Part shown: positions 18,305 to 27,951 of the stretch, piece after piece
Numbering within the stretch: position 1 is the stretch's first letter
Layout of the letters: every line of letters starts with the position of its first letter
NCBI GenBank assembly: GCA_018304465.1
Contig: JAGVWC010000008.1
Coordinates: 64,001-128,000, forward strand
Direction: 5' to 3'
Length of the DNA: 64,000 nucleotides
From: Candidatus Iainarchaeum sp.
GTDB lineage: Archaea; Iainarchaeota; Iainarchaeia; Iainarchaeales; JAGVWC01
Position numbers and translations under genes: made by a program
The notes under the pieces: generated by a model
The model's database searches: none
What the model was told of the DNA's origin: nothing
The model's input: the letters and a program-made list of their open reading frames with translations, nothing else

Positions 18305-21300
18305 ATGATCACGTCCATTCGCATGCATCACTGGCGAAGCCACAAAGACAGCGAGCTTTCATTCGAACGCGGAACCAATGTGATCGTCGGACCCATGGGG
18401 TCTGGCAAGTCCCTTCCATACGGCGAACTTGTACTAGTAAAAAAAAATGGCGCGTGGATAAAAGAGCCCATTGGAAAACTGGTGGAAGAAAGCCTAAATG
18501 CGTCGAAAACTATTCAAACTCTCGGAGAAGATGGGTGTATATCCTTTGAAAACCCTTTGAGTCGCAGTATCCAAACACTGAATCCGGCCACACTTAAAAT
18601 AGAAGAAAAAGAGATTGCCGCCTTCATCAAACACAATGCCCCGCCCAAGCTCCTTAAAATCCGAACCCGCCAAGGAAAACAAATTACAATCACAAAAGAT
18701 CACTCCATGCTTGTTCTATCCGAAGGTGAAGTCTGCCCTGTTCGCGGATCAGATCTAAAAATTGGGACCTTTATCCCCTGCCCAACACGAATGACATTAA
18801 ACTCTACAGAAAACGAACTGTGTAGTCAAGAAATACTGCCAGAATTCAGATCAACAACTTCCATAATGACGGGACTTGCACTAATACAGAACGGTTTTTC
18901 CACTAGACGGGCGTCCGAAACCGTCGGAGTAACAAATTGGACATTAAAAAACTGGCGTAGACGAAAAATGGAACACATCCCCGGATTACTTATTGCCAAG
19001 AACCTAAGCCACGCTATTTCCGAAAAAATTCCGCTTTCGAACGCTTTAGCCCGAATTTGCGGGGCCTATGTATCCGAAGGAATGTGCAAGTTCGACCCTC
19101 AAACAGGAGACTATGTAATTAAAATTACTAATAACGACCAGGCGTTTTTGGACCAAATTAAAAAAGACTGGAAAAACGTTTTCCCCCACGCCCCGATTGG
19201 ACAAACTCAAAATGATCTTGTTATTAATGGAAAAATTGTTAGTGCTCTTTTTCACAGATTGTTCGGCGCAAATGCGGGCACTAAAAAAATCCCGGAATTT
19301 GTTTCACGATTTGATGACGAACAGTTATCTAATTTTCTAAAAATGTACTTTGAAGGCGATGGTTACGTTTCAGCTTCAAAAGTAGAAGTCTCTTGTTCAT
19401 CCAAAAGCAGGCTATTGCTTGATTCGCTTCAAACCAGCATCTCAAGATGGGGAATTATTTCTCGCATACGACCAGTTAAAAGACCGCAAGGCACCTACTA
19501 CGAATTATTTATTTTGCCAAAACACATCCCTATTTTTGCACAACGCGTATCATTTCTAAGTGAACGAAAGCAAACCCAATTATTAGCTCTTGTCAAAGCA
19601 TTGTCCGAACGCAAGCGTTGGAACGGAGTCGACATCGTTCCAAACATTGAAAAAACCCTGAGAAATCTTATCCGCGAATATTCCCTGGGAAAAAGAGAAA
19701 ACCCCGCAATGCGAAAGCTGGCACATCAAATCCAAACCTATTGTACTAAAGAAAAACTAGGGCGCGATAAATTGACACAAATACTTCACAAAATCGTATC
19801 CCAATACCAAACAAAAACATCCGCATTCACAACACTTGAAAAAATACTTCAGGCAGATATCTTCTTTGACGAAATCGTTGAATTGCACGAAATCCCAACA
19901 CCCTCCGAATATGTTTATGACCTTTCTGTAAATGGAACAGAAAACTTTGTCGCAGGACTCGGTAACATACTCACACATAACAGTTCCGTAATGGACTGCA
20001 TTTGCTTCGGATTATTCGGAACATTCCCCAGCCTACAAAGCCGCCGCGTATCCCTCGAAGAAACCATCATGCAAAAACCCTCCGTCGAAGACACCGCCAA
20101 AATCCAGCTTTGCTTTCAACACAACGGTCACGCGTACACCGTCGAGCGCACCGTGTTCAAAACCGGAAAAACAAACCAAGCCAAACTTCTCTGCGACGAA
20201 TCATTGGTCGCCGGCCCAAAACCCACCGAAGTCACCAAAGAAATCGAAAAAATCCTTCAAATCGACTACGACTTGTTCGCGCGCGCGGTGTACAGCGAAC
20301 AAAACCAAATCGATTATTTTCTCCGGTTAACTCCCAAAGAACGCAAAGAAAAATTCGACGAACTCCTTCAAATCCACAAATACGAACACGCCCGACAAAA
20401 CGCGGTGCAACTCACGAACCGATTCAGAAAAAACGTGGCGGACAAACAACGATTCGTTTTAGAACAAAAACAACGGTTTTCCACCGAACGAATCCAGGAA
20501 CTGCAAACCAAAATCACCCAAAAACAAACCGAACACGAAAAACTCAAACAAGAATTCGGTCACGTCACGGAACAATTCAAATCCGCCCAGGAAAAACAAT
20601 CCAGCCTCGAAACCCAAGAACGACAATACCGCGAACTATCCGACCAAATCATCCGGTTATCCACGCAAACCCAATCCATGCAAAAAGAAATCGAAGCCAT
20701 CCAAACAACGGTCATTTCGCGCCCAAAAAACGAACTGGAATCCGACATCAAAACCCTTGAAACCACGCAAACCGATCAAGCGACCCGGGAAAAAATGCTT
20801 TCCGAAGAACTCAAAGGACTCCAAAACCGACTGCTCGCCTTCACCGAAAACATCGGAACCTACAAAGCCATGCAAAAACACGAAACCGACGCCTTGACCA
20901 AAATCTTTTCCATCGACGGCAAATGCCCCACGTGCAAAAAACCCATGGCCGAACACGACAAAGAACAACTGCAAAAAGAAACCGAACAACTACAAATCGA
21001 AATCACGGCCAAAATTCATCTCGAACAGCAAAAACAAGAAGAAACCAAAAGCGTCCAAACCGAACTGGAAAAAAGAAAAACCGAAATCCAAACCAGCCAA
21101 AAGAAAAACGCCGAACAATTATTCACCTTAAAAAAACAAGTGGCCGATCACCAGCAATTAACCCAATTGGAAACCAAAAAACAAGAATGCGAAACCGCGC
21201 TTTTGGCCGCCAAAGAAAAACAATCCAAAAACACGTTCGATGAAAAACAACTCAAAACCCAGCGCGAACAAACCAGCGAACTCAAAGCCAAAAACTATTC

Positions 21301-21952
21301 CCTGCAAAAAGAAATCCAAAGCAACCAAGAACTCGTCCACGAAATGCAACGCCAGCTCGAAGAACTGCACCGATTACAAACCCAAATCGAACAAATCGAA
21401 GCCGAAACCCGACACCAAGAACACCTCGTTGAAAAACTCCAGATTTTCACGAACTGTCTTTCGGCCACCCAAACCCAATTACGCGAACACTTAATCGACG
21501 CCATCAACCAAGCCATGAACGACATCTGGAAACGCGTCTACCCCTACAAGGATTTTGAAACCTGCCGAATGATCATCCAGGAAGGAAGCTACGAACTCAT
21601 GGTAAAAACCCAAAACGGAGAATGGATGCGCGTCGAAGGAATGCTATCCGGCGGCGAACGAAGCGCGGCCGCAATCTGCATCCGACTCGCATTCGCCCTG
21701 GTATTGACGCAAAACCTCGGATGGATCATTCTCGACGAACCCACGCACAACCTGGACCAAGCCGGAGTCCGCGAATTATCCGGAATGCTGCGCGGCCACT
21801 TGCCCGACCTGGTCGAACAAGTATTCGTCATCACGCACGACAAAGAAATGGAAAAAGCCGCCACCGCCACGTTGCACCGGATTGACCGGAACAAAGACGC
21901 GGACGGCGTCAGCACGCCAAGCAAAATAGAAATAATCCGAATCGAAGAATAA
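18305..21952 (+). CDS. rad50: Rad50/SbcC-like SMC ATPase with intein
   Basis: GPMGSGK|intein|SS, Q-loop YSEQ, coiled coil, CPTC zinc hook, LSGGE, LDEPT, VITHD. Confidence 0.9.
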   Translation: MITSIRMHHWRSHKDSELSFERGTNVIVGPMGSGKSLPYGELVLVKKNGAWIKEPIGKLVEESLNASKTIQTLGEDGCISFENPLSRSIQTLNPATLKIEEKEIAAFIKHNAPPKLLKIRTRQGKQITITKDHSMLVLSEGEVCPVRGSDLKIGTFIPCPTRMTLNSTENELCSQEILPEFRSTTSIMTGLALIQNGFSTRRASETVGVTNWTLKNWRRRKMEHIPGLLIAKNLSHAISEKIPLSNALARICGAYVSEGMCKFDPQTGDYVIKITNNDQAFLDQIKKDWKNVFPHAPIGQTQNDLVINGKIVSALFHRLFGANAGTKKIPEFVSRFDDEQLSNFLKMYFEGDGYVSASKVEVSCSSKSRLLLDSLQTSISRWGIISRIRPVKRPQGTYYELFILPKHIPIFAQRVSFLSERKQTQLLALVKALSERKRWNGVDIVPNIEKTLRNLIREYSLGKRENPAMRKLAHQIQTYCTKEKLGRDKLTQILHKIVSQYQTKTSAFTTLEKILQADIFFDEIVELHEIPTPSEYVYDLSVNGTENFVAGLGNILTHNSSVMDCICFGLFGTFPSLQSRRVSLEETIMQKPSVEDTAKIQLCFQHNGHAYTVERTVFKTGKTNQAKLLCDESLVAGPKPTEVTKEIEKILQIDYDLFARAVYSEQNQIDYFLRLTPKERKEKFDELLQIHKYEHARQNAVQLTNRFRKNVADKQRFVLEQKQRFSTERIQELQTKITQKQTEHEKLKQEFGHVTEQFKSAQEKQSSLETQERQYRELSDQIIRLSTQTQSMQKEIEAIQTTVISRPKNELESDIKTLETTQTDQATREKMLSEELKGLQNRLLAFTENIGTYKAMQKHETDALTKIFSIDGKCPTCKKPMAEHDKEQLQKETEQLQIEITAKIHLEQQKQEETKSVQTELEKRKTEIQTSQKKNAEQLFTLKKQVADHQQLTQLETKKQECETALLAAKEKQSKNTFDEKQLKTQREQTSELKAKNYSLQKEIQSNQELVHEMQRQLEELHRLQTQIEQIEAETRHQEHLVEKLQIFTNCLSATQTQLREHLIDAINQAMNDIWKRVYPYKDFETCRMIIQEGSYELMVKTQNGEWMRVEGMLSGGERSAAAICIRLAFALVLTQNLGWIILDEPTHNLDQAGVRELSGMLRGHLPDLVEQVFVITHDKEMEKAATATLHRIDRNKDADGVSTPSKIEIIRIEE
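18410..19981 (+). mobile_element. Intein (524 aa, Ser1) with LAGLIDADG endonuclease
   Basis: SLPYGELV...ITKDHSM...GAYVSEG...MYFEGDG...VYDLSV...THN|S; visibly different codon style. Confidence 0.92.
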
Positions 21953-21969
21953 AAAAAAGAAAAACGAAT

Positions 21970-22167
21970 TTAGCTTGACGCCGCTTTTCGTTTTCTTTGC
22001 CGGGTAATATATCCGAGCAAAATATTCCGATTGACTTTGGTGAGCGGGATTTTTAATTCGTTAAAAACTTCCTTGTTTTTTTCAAAATCAACGCTGAACT
22101 TGTCATCGAACTGGGAAAGCAAAAATTCGGCTTTCGATTTCAAACCTTTCGGAACCGCCTTGCCCAT
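21970..22167 (-). CDS. rps17e: 30S ribosomal protein S17e
   Basis: FSVDFEKNK...RNILLGYITR. Confidence 0.9.
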   Translation of the reverse strand: MGKAVPKGLKSKAEFLLSQFDDKFSVDFEKNKEVFNELKIPLTKVNRNILLGYITRQRKRKAASS

Positions 22168-22374
22168 TCATTCACCTTCCGCTTCCAATTCCGATTCCAC
22201 GTATCGACGATGCGAAACCGTCAAAGGAATCGTTTTTTGATGCAATTCTTTTTCGGCAACGTCGATAACGGAAACTACATTACCGGGCTTCACGAACGCC
22301 GGTGCGCCCAACGCCAACTGCAAGGCACGCGCACTGATCAATCGGGTCTCTTCAAAACGGGTTAACTTATCCAT
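22168..22374 (-). CDS. rpo6: RNA polymerase subunit Rpo6/K
   Basis: LTRFEETRLISARALQLALGAP; start re-called at 22374. Confidence 0.92.
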   Translation of the reverse strand: MDKLTRFEETRLISARALQLALGAPAFVKPGNVVSVIDVAEKELHQKTIPLTVSHRRYVESELEAEGE

Positions 22375-22488
22375 AATTACAAACTCCACAAAAGTCGAAG
22401 AATATACACTAATAACCAGAAGAAAAATTTTAAAAGGAAACCGAAAAACCAAAAACTCCAATAAACCCTCAAAAAGCCTTAAAATGCG

Positions 22489-24021
22489 TTAAACCGACCA
22501 AAAATGCCAACCCCGCACCAAAGGAGAAGGAATATTATGGGCCTTGGAAAACTCTTTGGCCAACCCAAAACCGCTGGAACCCTGGACGAAAACCGAAGAA
22601 CCCGACAACGGAGAAACCACTTTGTGACCCCGCTTGGAATTGAATTCGAAAAACTTGTCAAGCGCCACCAAACGCACGGATTCCAACGTTTCTCCCAAAG
22701 ACAAGGAAAAAAACCCGGAATTCGAATCCATCAAATGCAACACGAGAAGCGGCGGAAACTCAGCCAACAAACCCGCAACGTCTTTATCAAAAAAATGCGC
22801 AGGAGAACTCCCAAGCAAGTGGAATCCCCGCAAATTATGCGAAGACAACGCTTTGGATTCCTGCAACCGAATTTTTTCTTCCGCCACCAGTTTGCGACGA
22901 TTCAAATCCGAAAATGCATGGGACAAAAACGATTCACGCAAACGACAAAACCAATGCGGCGACGACAATCCCACCCACACCGCGTCACCGGCGGCTTCCA
23001 GTTTATGAGCGTCCGCCATCGGCACTTCCACGATTTCGCCTTCCGAAAAAGGACCAATCGGCGGAAAAACGTAACCGAATTCCTGCCGGCGCTGTTCGCG
23101 GCTTTGCTTATTCGGATGGAAAAGATGAAACGACTGTGAAAACGAAGGAAACGCGGACTCGAAAAAAAATCCGTCAGAAAGCATTCGAACGCGCACCAGG
23201 GAATGCGGCAACAAATTTGAAGCCGCGGCGTTTGGCGGAGCACAACAAGGGCAATCCAATGTTTCAAAACCCAAATTGTAAAATTGCTTGGTGGACAACT
23301 GCGAAACGGTTTTGGAAAAATCAAACTCCGCCGTGTTTTCGAACACGTGCAAGGGAAGCTTTCGCTCCACAAAAGGCCGGATCACGACGGATTTGTGGCG
23401 CTCGGGCAAACGCGACGCCTCAAAAAACAAGTTCTCCAAAAACAATTCTCTTCGGTCAAAATCGGTCTTTGGCAACTGCTCCAAAGAAACCCGCAAAAGA
23501 TTCGAATAAAAAATCGCGGAACAAATCGTCTTGGCCGCCCCTTCGTCTTCGGAAAGCAATTCGCGCAATTCCACGTGCAGATTATTGGACAAAAAACCAA
23601 AACTCGTAAACGGCAGTGAAAACTCCTGCAAGCGACGCGGTTCGTTGGATTCGAACGAAAACTGGTCAAAAAAACTCCACTTGTTCAAGATCAAAAACTG
23701 ACGCACCGGCGAAAGCAACAATACGCGGCTGTCCAAAGAATCCTCCAAGGAACGCTTGAGCTTTTCAAGCAGCGAAAACGACGGAGAAACGATTTTGGTG
23801 GCGGACCCCACATCCTCAAACCAGATCAATCGGCGCTCGGAAGACGCGACCAGCAATTCCACGTCGCTTTGCGAGGCGTCGGTTAACAGAAACGGGAAAA
23901 ACTTGAATTTTTGCGTGGTTTTTTCCGCGCCATTCTCGAATTCCGCCACGATCAAACGGTCTTCCTCTACATAATGTACTCGTGTGAGGAATCTAACCAG
24001 ACTATTGGGAGTCATAGGCAA
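22489..24021 (-). CDS. Degenerate (catalytically eroded) family B DNA polymerase-like protein
   Basis: AEFDFSKTVS, YNLGFETLDCPCC, HWFC and GHKVVSPLSGSSVFV fall in PolB motif order. Confidence 0.6.
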   Translation of the reverse strand: MPMTPNSLVRFLTRVHYVEEDRLIVAEFENGAEKTTQKFKFFPFLLTDASQSDVELLVASSERRLIWFEDVGSATKIVSPSFSLLEKLKRSLEDSLDSRVLLLSPVRQFLILNKWSFFDQFSFESNEPRRLQEFSLPFTSFGFLSNNLHVELRELLSEDEGAAKTICSAIFYSNLLRVSLEQLPKTDFDRRELFLENLFFEASRLPERHKSVVIRPFVERKLPLHVFENTAEFDFSKTVSQLSTKQFYNLGFETLDCPCCAPPNAAASNLLPHSLVRVRMLSDGFFFESAFPSFSQSFHLFHPNKQSREQRRQEFGYVFPPIGPFSEGEIVEVPMADAHKLEAAGDAVWVGLSSPHWFCRLRESFLSHAFSDLNRRKLVAEEKIRLQESKALSSHNLRGFHLLGSSPAHFFDKDVAGLLAEFPPLLVLHLMDSNSGFFSLSLGETLESVRLVALDKFFEFNSKRGHKVVSPLSGSSVFVQGSSGFGLAKEFSKAHNIPSPLVRGWHFWSV

Positions 24022-24125
24022 TAGAATCCTTTGAGGCGCTTTTAAACTCGGGGAGGCCCGTCATTGCCGGTGATTCGCCGCAGAAAAGGGGAAAAGGATT
24101 TATTCTGTGCAGGTATTTATCTGTA

Positions 24126-25082
24126 ATGCCCCGAAAAATGCTTTTGAGCAATCGACAGCTTCACGCCATCCAAAAAATCGGACTTGCGCCGCTGACCTCG
24201 GTGAATGACTTTGCAAAAAGATTCGGCATCCCCCAAGGCCGATTGCAGACGATGACGATTGGTCGAAAAAAATCATTGTCGTTGGAACACAAACGCACGT
24301 TAACCCGGCGGTTCCGCTCACAGGACAAAAGACATCTTTTGGAACACCCTAAGCTTTGGGCGCTTGGCCGCATTGAGAACCTCGCCCCCACCCACACTAA
24401 CAAAGAAATTACGCGCATTTTAGCGAGCGAAGCACGACAGCGGAATACCCAGAAACCGCAGCAACAGTATACCGCTCCCACCGAGGACACGATTAGAAAC
24501 TACGTCCATCGATTCGAATTGCGCACTCCTGATGAACACTACCAGGCGCTATCCCGGGCGCACCGAAAACGGAGTCCGAATCTCCTCAGTTCCCAAGCCC
24601 GAAGACGCCTCGTTGAAATCGGAAACATATACCTGGCCGAAAGAATAACCAGACCACCGAAAGGGATGGACTTGGACGAACTACTGCAAGAACTGAACAA
24701 GCGTCTTGTGGACGAAGCAATTTATTTCGACCCCAAAAGAACCAACCTGCCGCTCGAAACCGCATGGATTCATTTCATAGAAAAAACCCGAAAAAACTTT
24801 GTCGTCGACGTCCTGCGAAGACACGGTCCCGTGACAAGAGGCGGAAACCAACGGCGGCCCAGACCGGCGCCAAACTATTCGAAATCCATGCGTGTTCTGC
24901 GCAAACCCGCAGCACTGCCCGAAATCCGTTTTCGAGAGCCTCTCACAACCCAAGAACGCAAAGTATTCGACCTGCTCTTGGATGGATTCCTTCAGAAAGA
25001 AATCGCCAAAAAACTCGGGCTTGGTCCCTCTCGCATCAGCAAGATTGTACGGTCTTTACGCGAAAACATTCGCGTAGAATAA
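24126..25082 (+). CDS. Orphan with sigma-70 region-2-like segment and region-4/LuxR HTH
   Basis: GMDLDELLQE...FDPKR...VDVLRR; LTTQERKVFDL...QKEIAKKLGLGPSRISKI. Confidence 0.7.
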   Translation: MPRKMLLSNRQLHAIQKIGLAPLTSVNDFAKRFGIPQGRLQTMTIGRKKSLSLEHKRTLTRRFRSQDKRHLLEHPKLWALGRIENLAPTHTNKEITRILASEARQRNTQKPQQQYTAPTEDTIRNYVHRFELRTPDEHYQALSRAHRKRSPNLLSSQARRRLVEIGNIYLAERITRPPKGMDLDELLQELNKRLVDEAIYFDPKRTNLPLETAWIHFIEKTRKNFVVDVLRRHGPVTRGGNQRRPRPAPNYSKSMRVLRKPAALPEIRFREPLTTQERKVFDLLLDGFLQKEIAKKLGLGPSRISKIVRSLRENIRVE

Positions 25083-25083
25083 G

Positions 25084-27180
25084 TTACAAAAACGCTTCCA
25101 CTTCGGATTCCGCTTCGGCTTGCCCCGCTTCAAAAGCCCGACACGCTTCTTCGAGCGTGGTTTCGTGCTTCGATGGTGCCGAATTGTTTTTGCGGACCTT
25201 GAAAAACATCGGATAATTCACGGCGTCCCCGACAATCAACGCTTCTCCGACGCGAAGCGACGTGATCATGCGCTCGGACTGCGCGTCGATCCCTTCCGAG
25301 GACTCCCCGATGTGCTTCAAATCATACGGATTCGTGATCCGCAAAATCACGTGGGTTCCGCAGTTGGCAAGCGCAGTTGTCGACAAATTAATCGGCCGCT
25401 GCGACACCAAACACAAAGACGCGCCGAACTTTCGCCCTTCACGCGAAATCGTTTCGATAATCCGCTTTGAAATCGCGTACTCTTCTTTTGCCTTTTCGGG
25501 ACTGAATTGATGGGCTTCCTCGATCACGAGCAAAAACGGAGGCACCGATTTCTTGACCCGGCCAAAAAACAGTTTCTTGGCAAAAAAACCGACGATCACC
25601 TGCTTTTTTTTCATGTCCACGACATCCGACAAATCCACGACCGTCAACTGTCCTGGCTTGGTCATGTCCGAAATAGAAGGCAAATCCGTTTTCGAAAACA
25701 ACGACATGTCTTCCAACGTCATGATCCACGACAACAAAATCTTCTGAGTCTCGCTTTTCATCTCCTTGTCGGAAAGAATCGACTGTTTGACCGCCGTAAA
25801 ATCAAACGGCCCCATTCCCGAACGCATTTCTCCTGACAAAGAAGACAAAATCTTCTTCAATTCGCGCTGCTGCGGTGACGACAAACCCGACACCATTGAT
25901 GCGATCAAACCCACGTCCAGATGCGGAACCCCTAACCGCACGTCACGCCCTTTAATGACCCGGGTTTTGGACGAATAATCCACACCGTTTTTCGGAGCCG
26001 GCTCCGCAAAATTCGTATACTCGCCATGCGGATCCATGACAATGACCGCCAGACGGCCCTGCTCGGGTTTTCGCGAAATCACTTCCTCGATAATGGTTTT
26101 GACACAGACACTGTTATGAACGACTATTTTATTCGCGACAAAATTCAGATGCTCCGTTGACAAGTCATAAACAAACTGAGCCGTTGCAGGCACCCACAAA
26201 ATTTTTTCTACAAGATCAAAAAATGTACCAATTTCTGATTTTCTTTTCAGAACAGTAAAGGCACTGTTTTCGGAAACGCTTGGCACCAACAGGTCGCCCC
26301 CAATTCTTTTTTTTTCCAAAATGCCCAAACAACGAGTCTCCGTCGTGAGGTTTTGCGCCTGAGTCCATGTTAAACCCGCCTTGCTCCAAACAGGGAAAAG
26401 ATGTTCAGGAGTCGCTTCCACACACCGACCAGACTGAAAAGAAACCTGTACAATATAGGAAGGAGCATGTCTACGCATAAATGCAAGCACTTTACTTTTA
26501 CAAATAGTCATATTTTTATCGATTGAAAAAACATATTGGTCTGAAACAGATGGATATGCAATCTGCACACCCCCTTCTTCCACGAAACCCCTTTCAATCT
26601 GTTCATCCACTAACTTTCCAATTGGAACTTCGGTTCCATCTGCCAACCAAACCCGCGAAGACCCTTCCAAGCATTTACCCGAACCGCTCATCGCAAGGAT
26701 CGCAAGGTGTTTTTTCAGCAGACGACTCATGGACAAACGCACCGGCAACGCGTGATTTTCGATTTCGCCTAAGCGCAAACCGTTTTCCAGATCAAACCCC
26801 AAAAACGACTGGAGCTTGTCCGGCGTCGCGACCCGAACCCGGCTGCCTGGACTCGGCGGATACGTGGAACGCTTGACCAACCCATGGTCAAAAACCCCTA
26901 ACGGCCGGGTTTGACCGATCAAATATTCCCATTCGGTCGTCGGAAACTGTTCCAGCATCTTTTTTCCGCTGGACTCGAATTCTTTTACCGAATCGGGTCG
27001 TTCAAAATAACGGTTGGTTTTGAAAACATTGGTGACCAACGCGATCATGGTGCCTTCCGGATAATCCAATTCCACGAACTGACCCCGGTGCACGGAACCC
27101 TTGGTGACCACAAAATCGACTTCGGTCGGAGAAGGTCCGTTCATGGACGAAACAACGGTTCCGATTTCAGTGTCGGTCAT
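25084..27180 (-). CDS. herA: HerA helicase/translocase with mini-intein
   Basis: HAS barrel, KHLAILAMSGSGK|intein|S, DPHGEY, IEEAHQF, REGRKFG, SQRP. Confidence 0.92.
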   Translation of the reverse strand: MTDTEIGTVVSSMNGPSPTEVDFVVTKGSVHRGQFVELDYPEGTMIALVTNVFKTNRYFERPDSVKEFESSGKKMLEQFPTTEWEYLIGQTRPLGVFDHGLVKRSTYPPSPGSRVRVATPDKLQSFLGFDLENGLRLGEIENHALPVRLSMSRLLKKHLAILAMSGSGKCLEGSSRVWLADGTEVPIGKLVDEQIERGFVEEGGVQIAYPSVSDQYVFSIDKNMTICKSKVLAFMRRHAPSYIVQVSFQSGRCVEATPEHLFPVWSKAGLTWTQAQNLTTETRCLGILEKKRIGGDLLVPSVSENSAFTVLKRKSEIGTFFDLVEKILWVPATAQFVYDLSTEHLNFVANKIVVHNSVCVKTIIEEVISRKPEQGRLAVIVMDPHGEYTNFAEPAPKNGVDYSSKTRVIKGRDVRLGVPHLDVGLIASMVSGLSSPQQRELKKILSSLSGEMRSGMGPFDFTAVKQSILSDKEMKSETQKILLSWIMTLEDMSLFSKTDLPSISDMTKPGQLTVVDLSDVVDMKKKQVIVGFFAKKLFFGRVKKSVPPFLLVIEEAHQFSPEKAKEEYAISKRIIETISREGRKFGASLCLVSQRPINLSTTALANCGTHVILRITNPYDLKHIGESSEGIDAQSERMITSLRVGEALIVGDAVNYPMFFKVRKNNSAPSKHETTLEEACRAFEAGQAEAESEVEAFL
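26113..26673 (-). mobile_element. Mini-intein (187 aa), no endonuclease
   Basis: CLEGSSRV...ATPEHLF...VYDLS...NFVAN.IVVHN|S. Confidence 0.92.
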
Positions 27181-27319
27181 TTTTTCTTCCCCGCGGATTT
27201 TTTTGTTTTCGAATCGGTTTTCAATTCCTTGCGAATCTTTTCCAGGTCCGATTTTGGATTTCCTTTCAAAAGTGCTTTTTTTCCCGGGATTTTTTTCGAT
27301 GTCATTTTTTGTCTCCGTA

Positions 27320-27940
27320 TCATTTTGGGCGAATTCGTATTTTATACTTGCGCACAAGCGCGTCCCGCTTCGGACGCGAAAAGCTTCGCGCACTGGCCGA
27401 GGCACGCGTTTTTCGCATGCGGTTGCGAAGCGGAGCAGTGATTGGAGAAACCGTTTTCGCCAATTTCAGATATCTTTCCTCGCCCGGAGTCAGAGAAAGC
27501 CGCTCCTGATGAAACGATTTTTCCCGGATACGGTTAATCAATGCCTTTGCCATCAATGGCGACCAACCGTTTTGGCACAGGTAACCCATTCCTAAAACAT
27601 GGGAATAGTTCCCGTGCACGCAATGCGCGAGAAGGCGCTTTCCGCCCAAAAGCCTGTTTATAGTATTGAGCGAATTCAGAAGATCCGCTGACACTTTGCC
27701 GCGCTTAGGCGGAAGATACACCAATTCGATCCCATGCATTTCAAGCGCCTGTTTTTCCTTTCGAAATTTTTCGGTCGACGGTGGCCGAAAAGTCACGACG
27801 CGTTCAATCCCAAGCCGAGACAATACCTCCACATCATTCTTGTCCCGAGGCGTTCCGGAAACAAAAAAATCGAAATCGACCCGGATCAACTGAGTGGAAT
27901 AACCCTTCACAGCCCTAGGAAAACCCTTCGCGTAACCCAT
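27320..27940 (-). CDS. Protein tyrosine/dual-specificity phosphatase-like orphan, degenerate P-loop
   Basis: LGIERVVTFR, GIELVYLP, LLAHCVHGNYS; very basic C-terminal tail. Confidence 0.65.
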   Translation of the reverse strand: MGYAKGFPRAVKGYSTQLIRVDFDFFVSGTPRDKNDVEVLSRLGIERVVTFRPPSTEKFRKEKQALEMHGIELVYLPPKRGKVSADLLNSLNTINRLLGGKRLLAHCVHGNYSHVLGMGYLCQNGWSPLMAKALINRIREKSFHQERLSLTPGEERYLKLAKTVSPITAPLRNRMRKTRASASARSFSRPKRDALVRKYKIRIRPK

Positions 27941-27951
27941 TCAATCCACCC

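Noticed and set aside
27181-27405. Long N-terminal extension of HerA in the ORF track
   Set aside because: Overlaps the upstream gene; GAGG/GGGGAAG SD-like sequence supports the ATG at 27180
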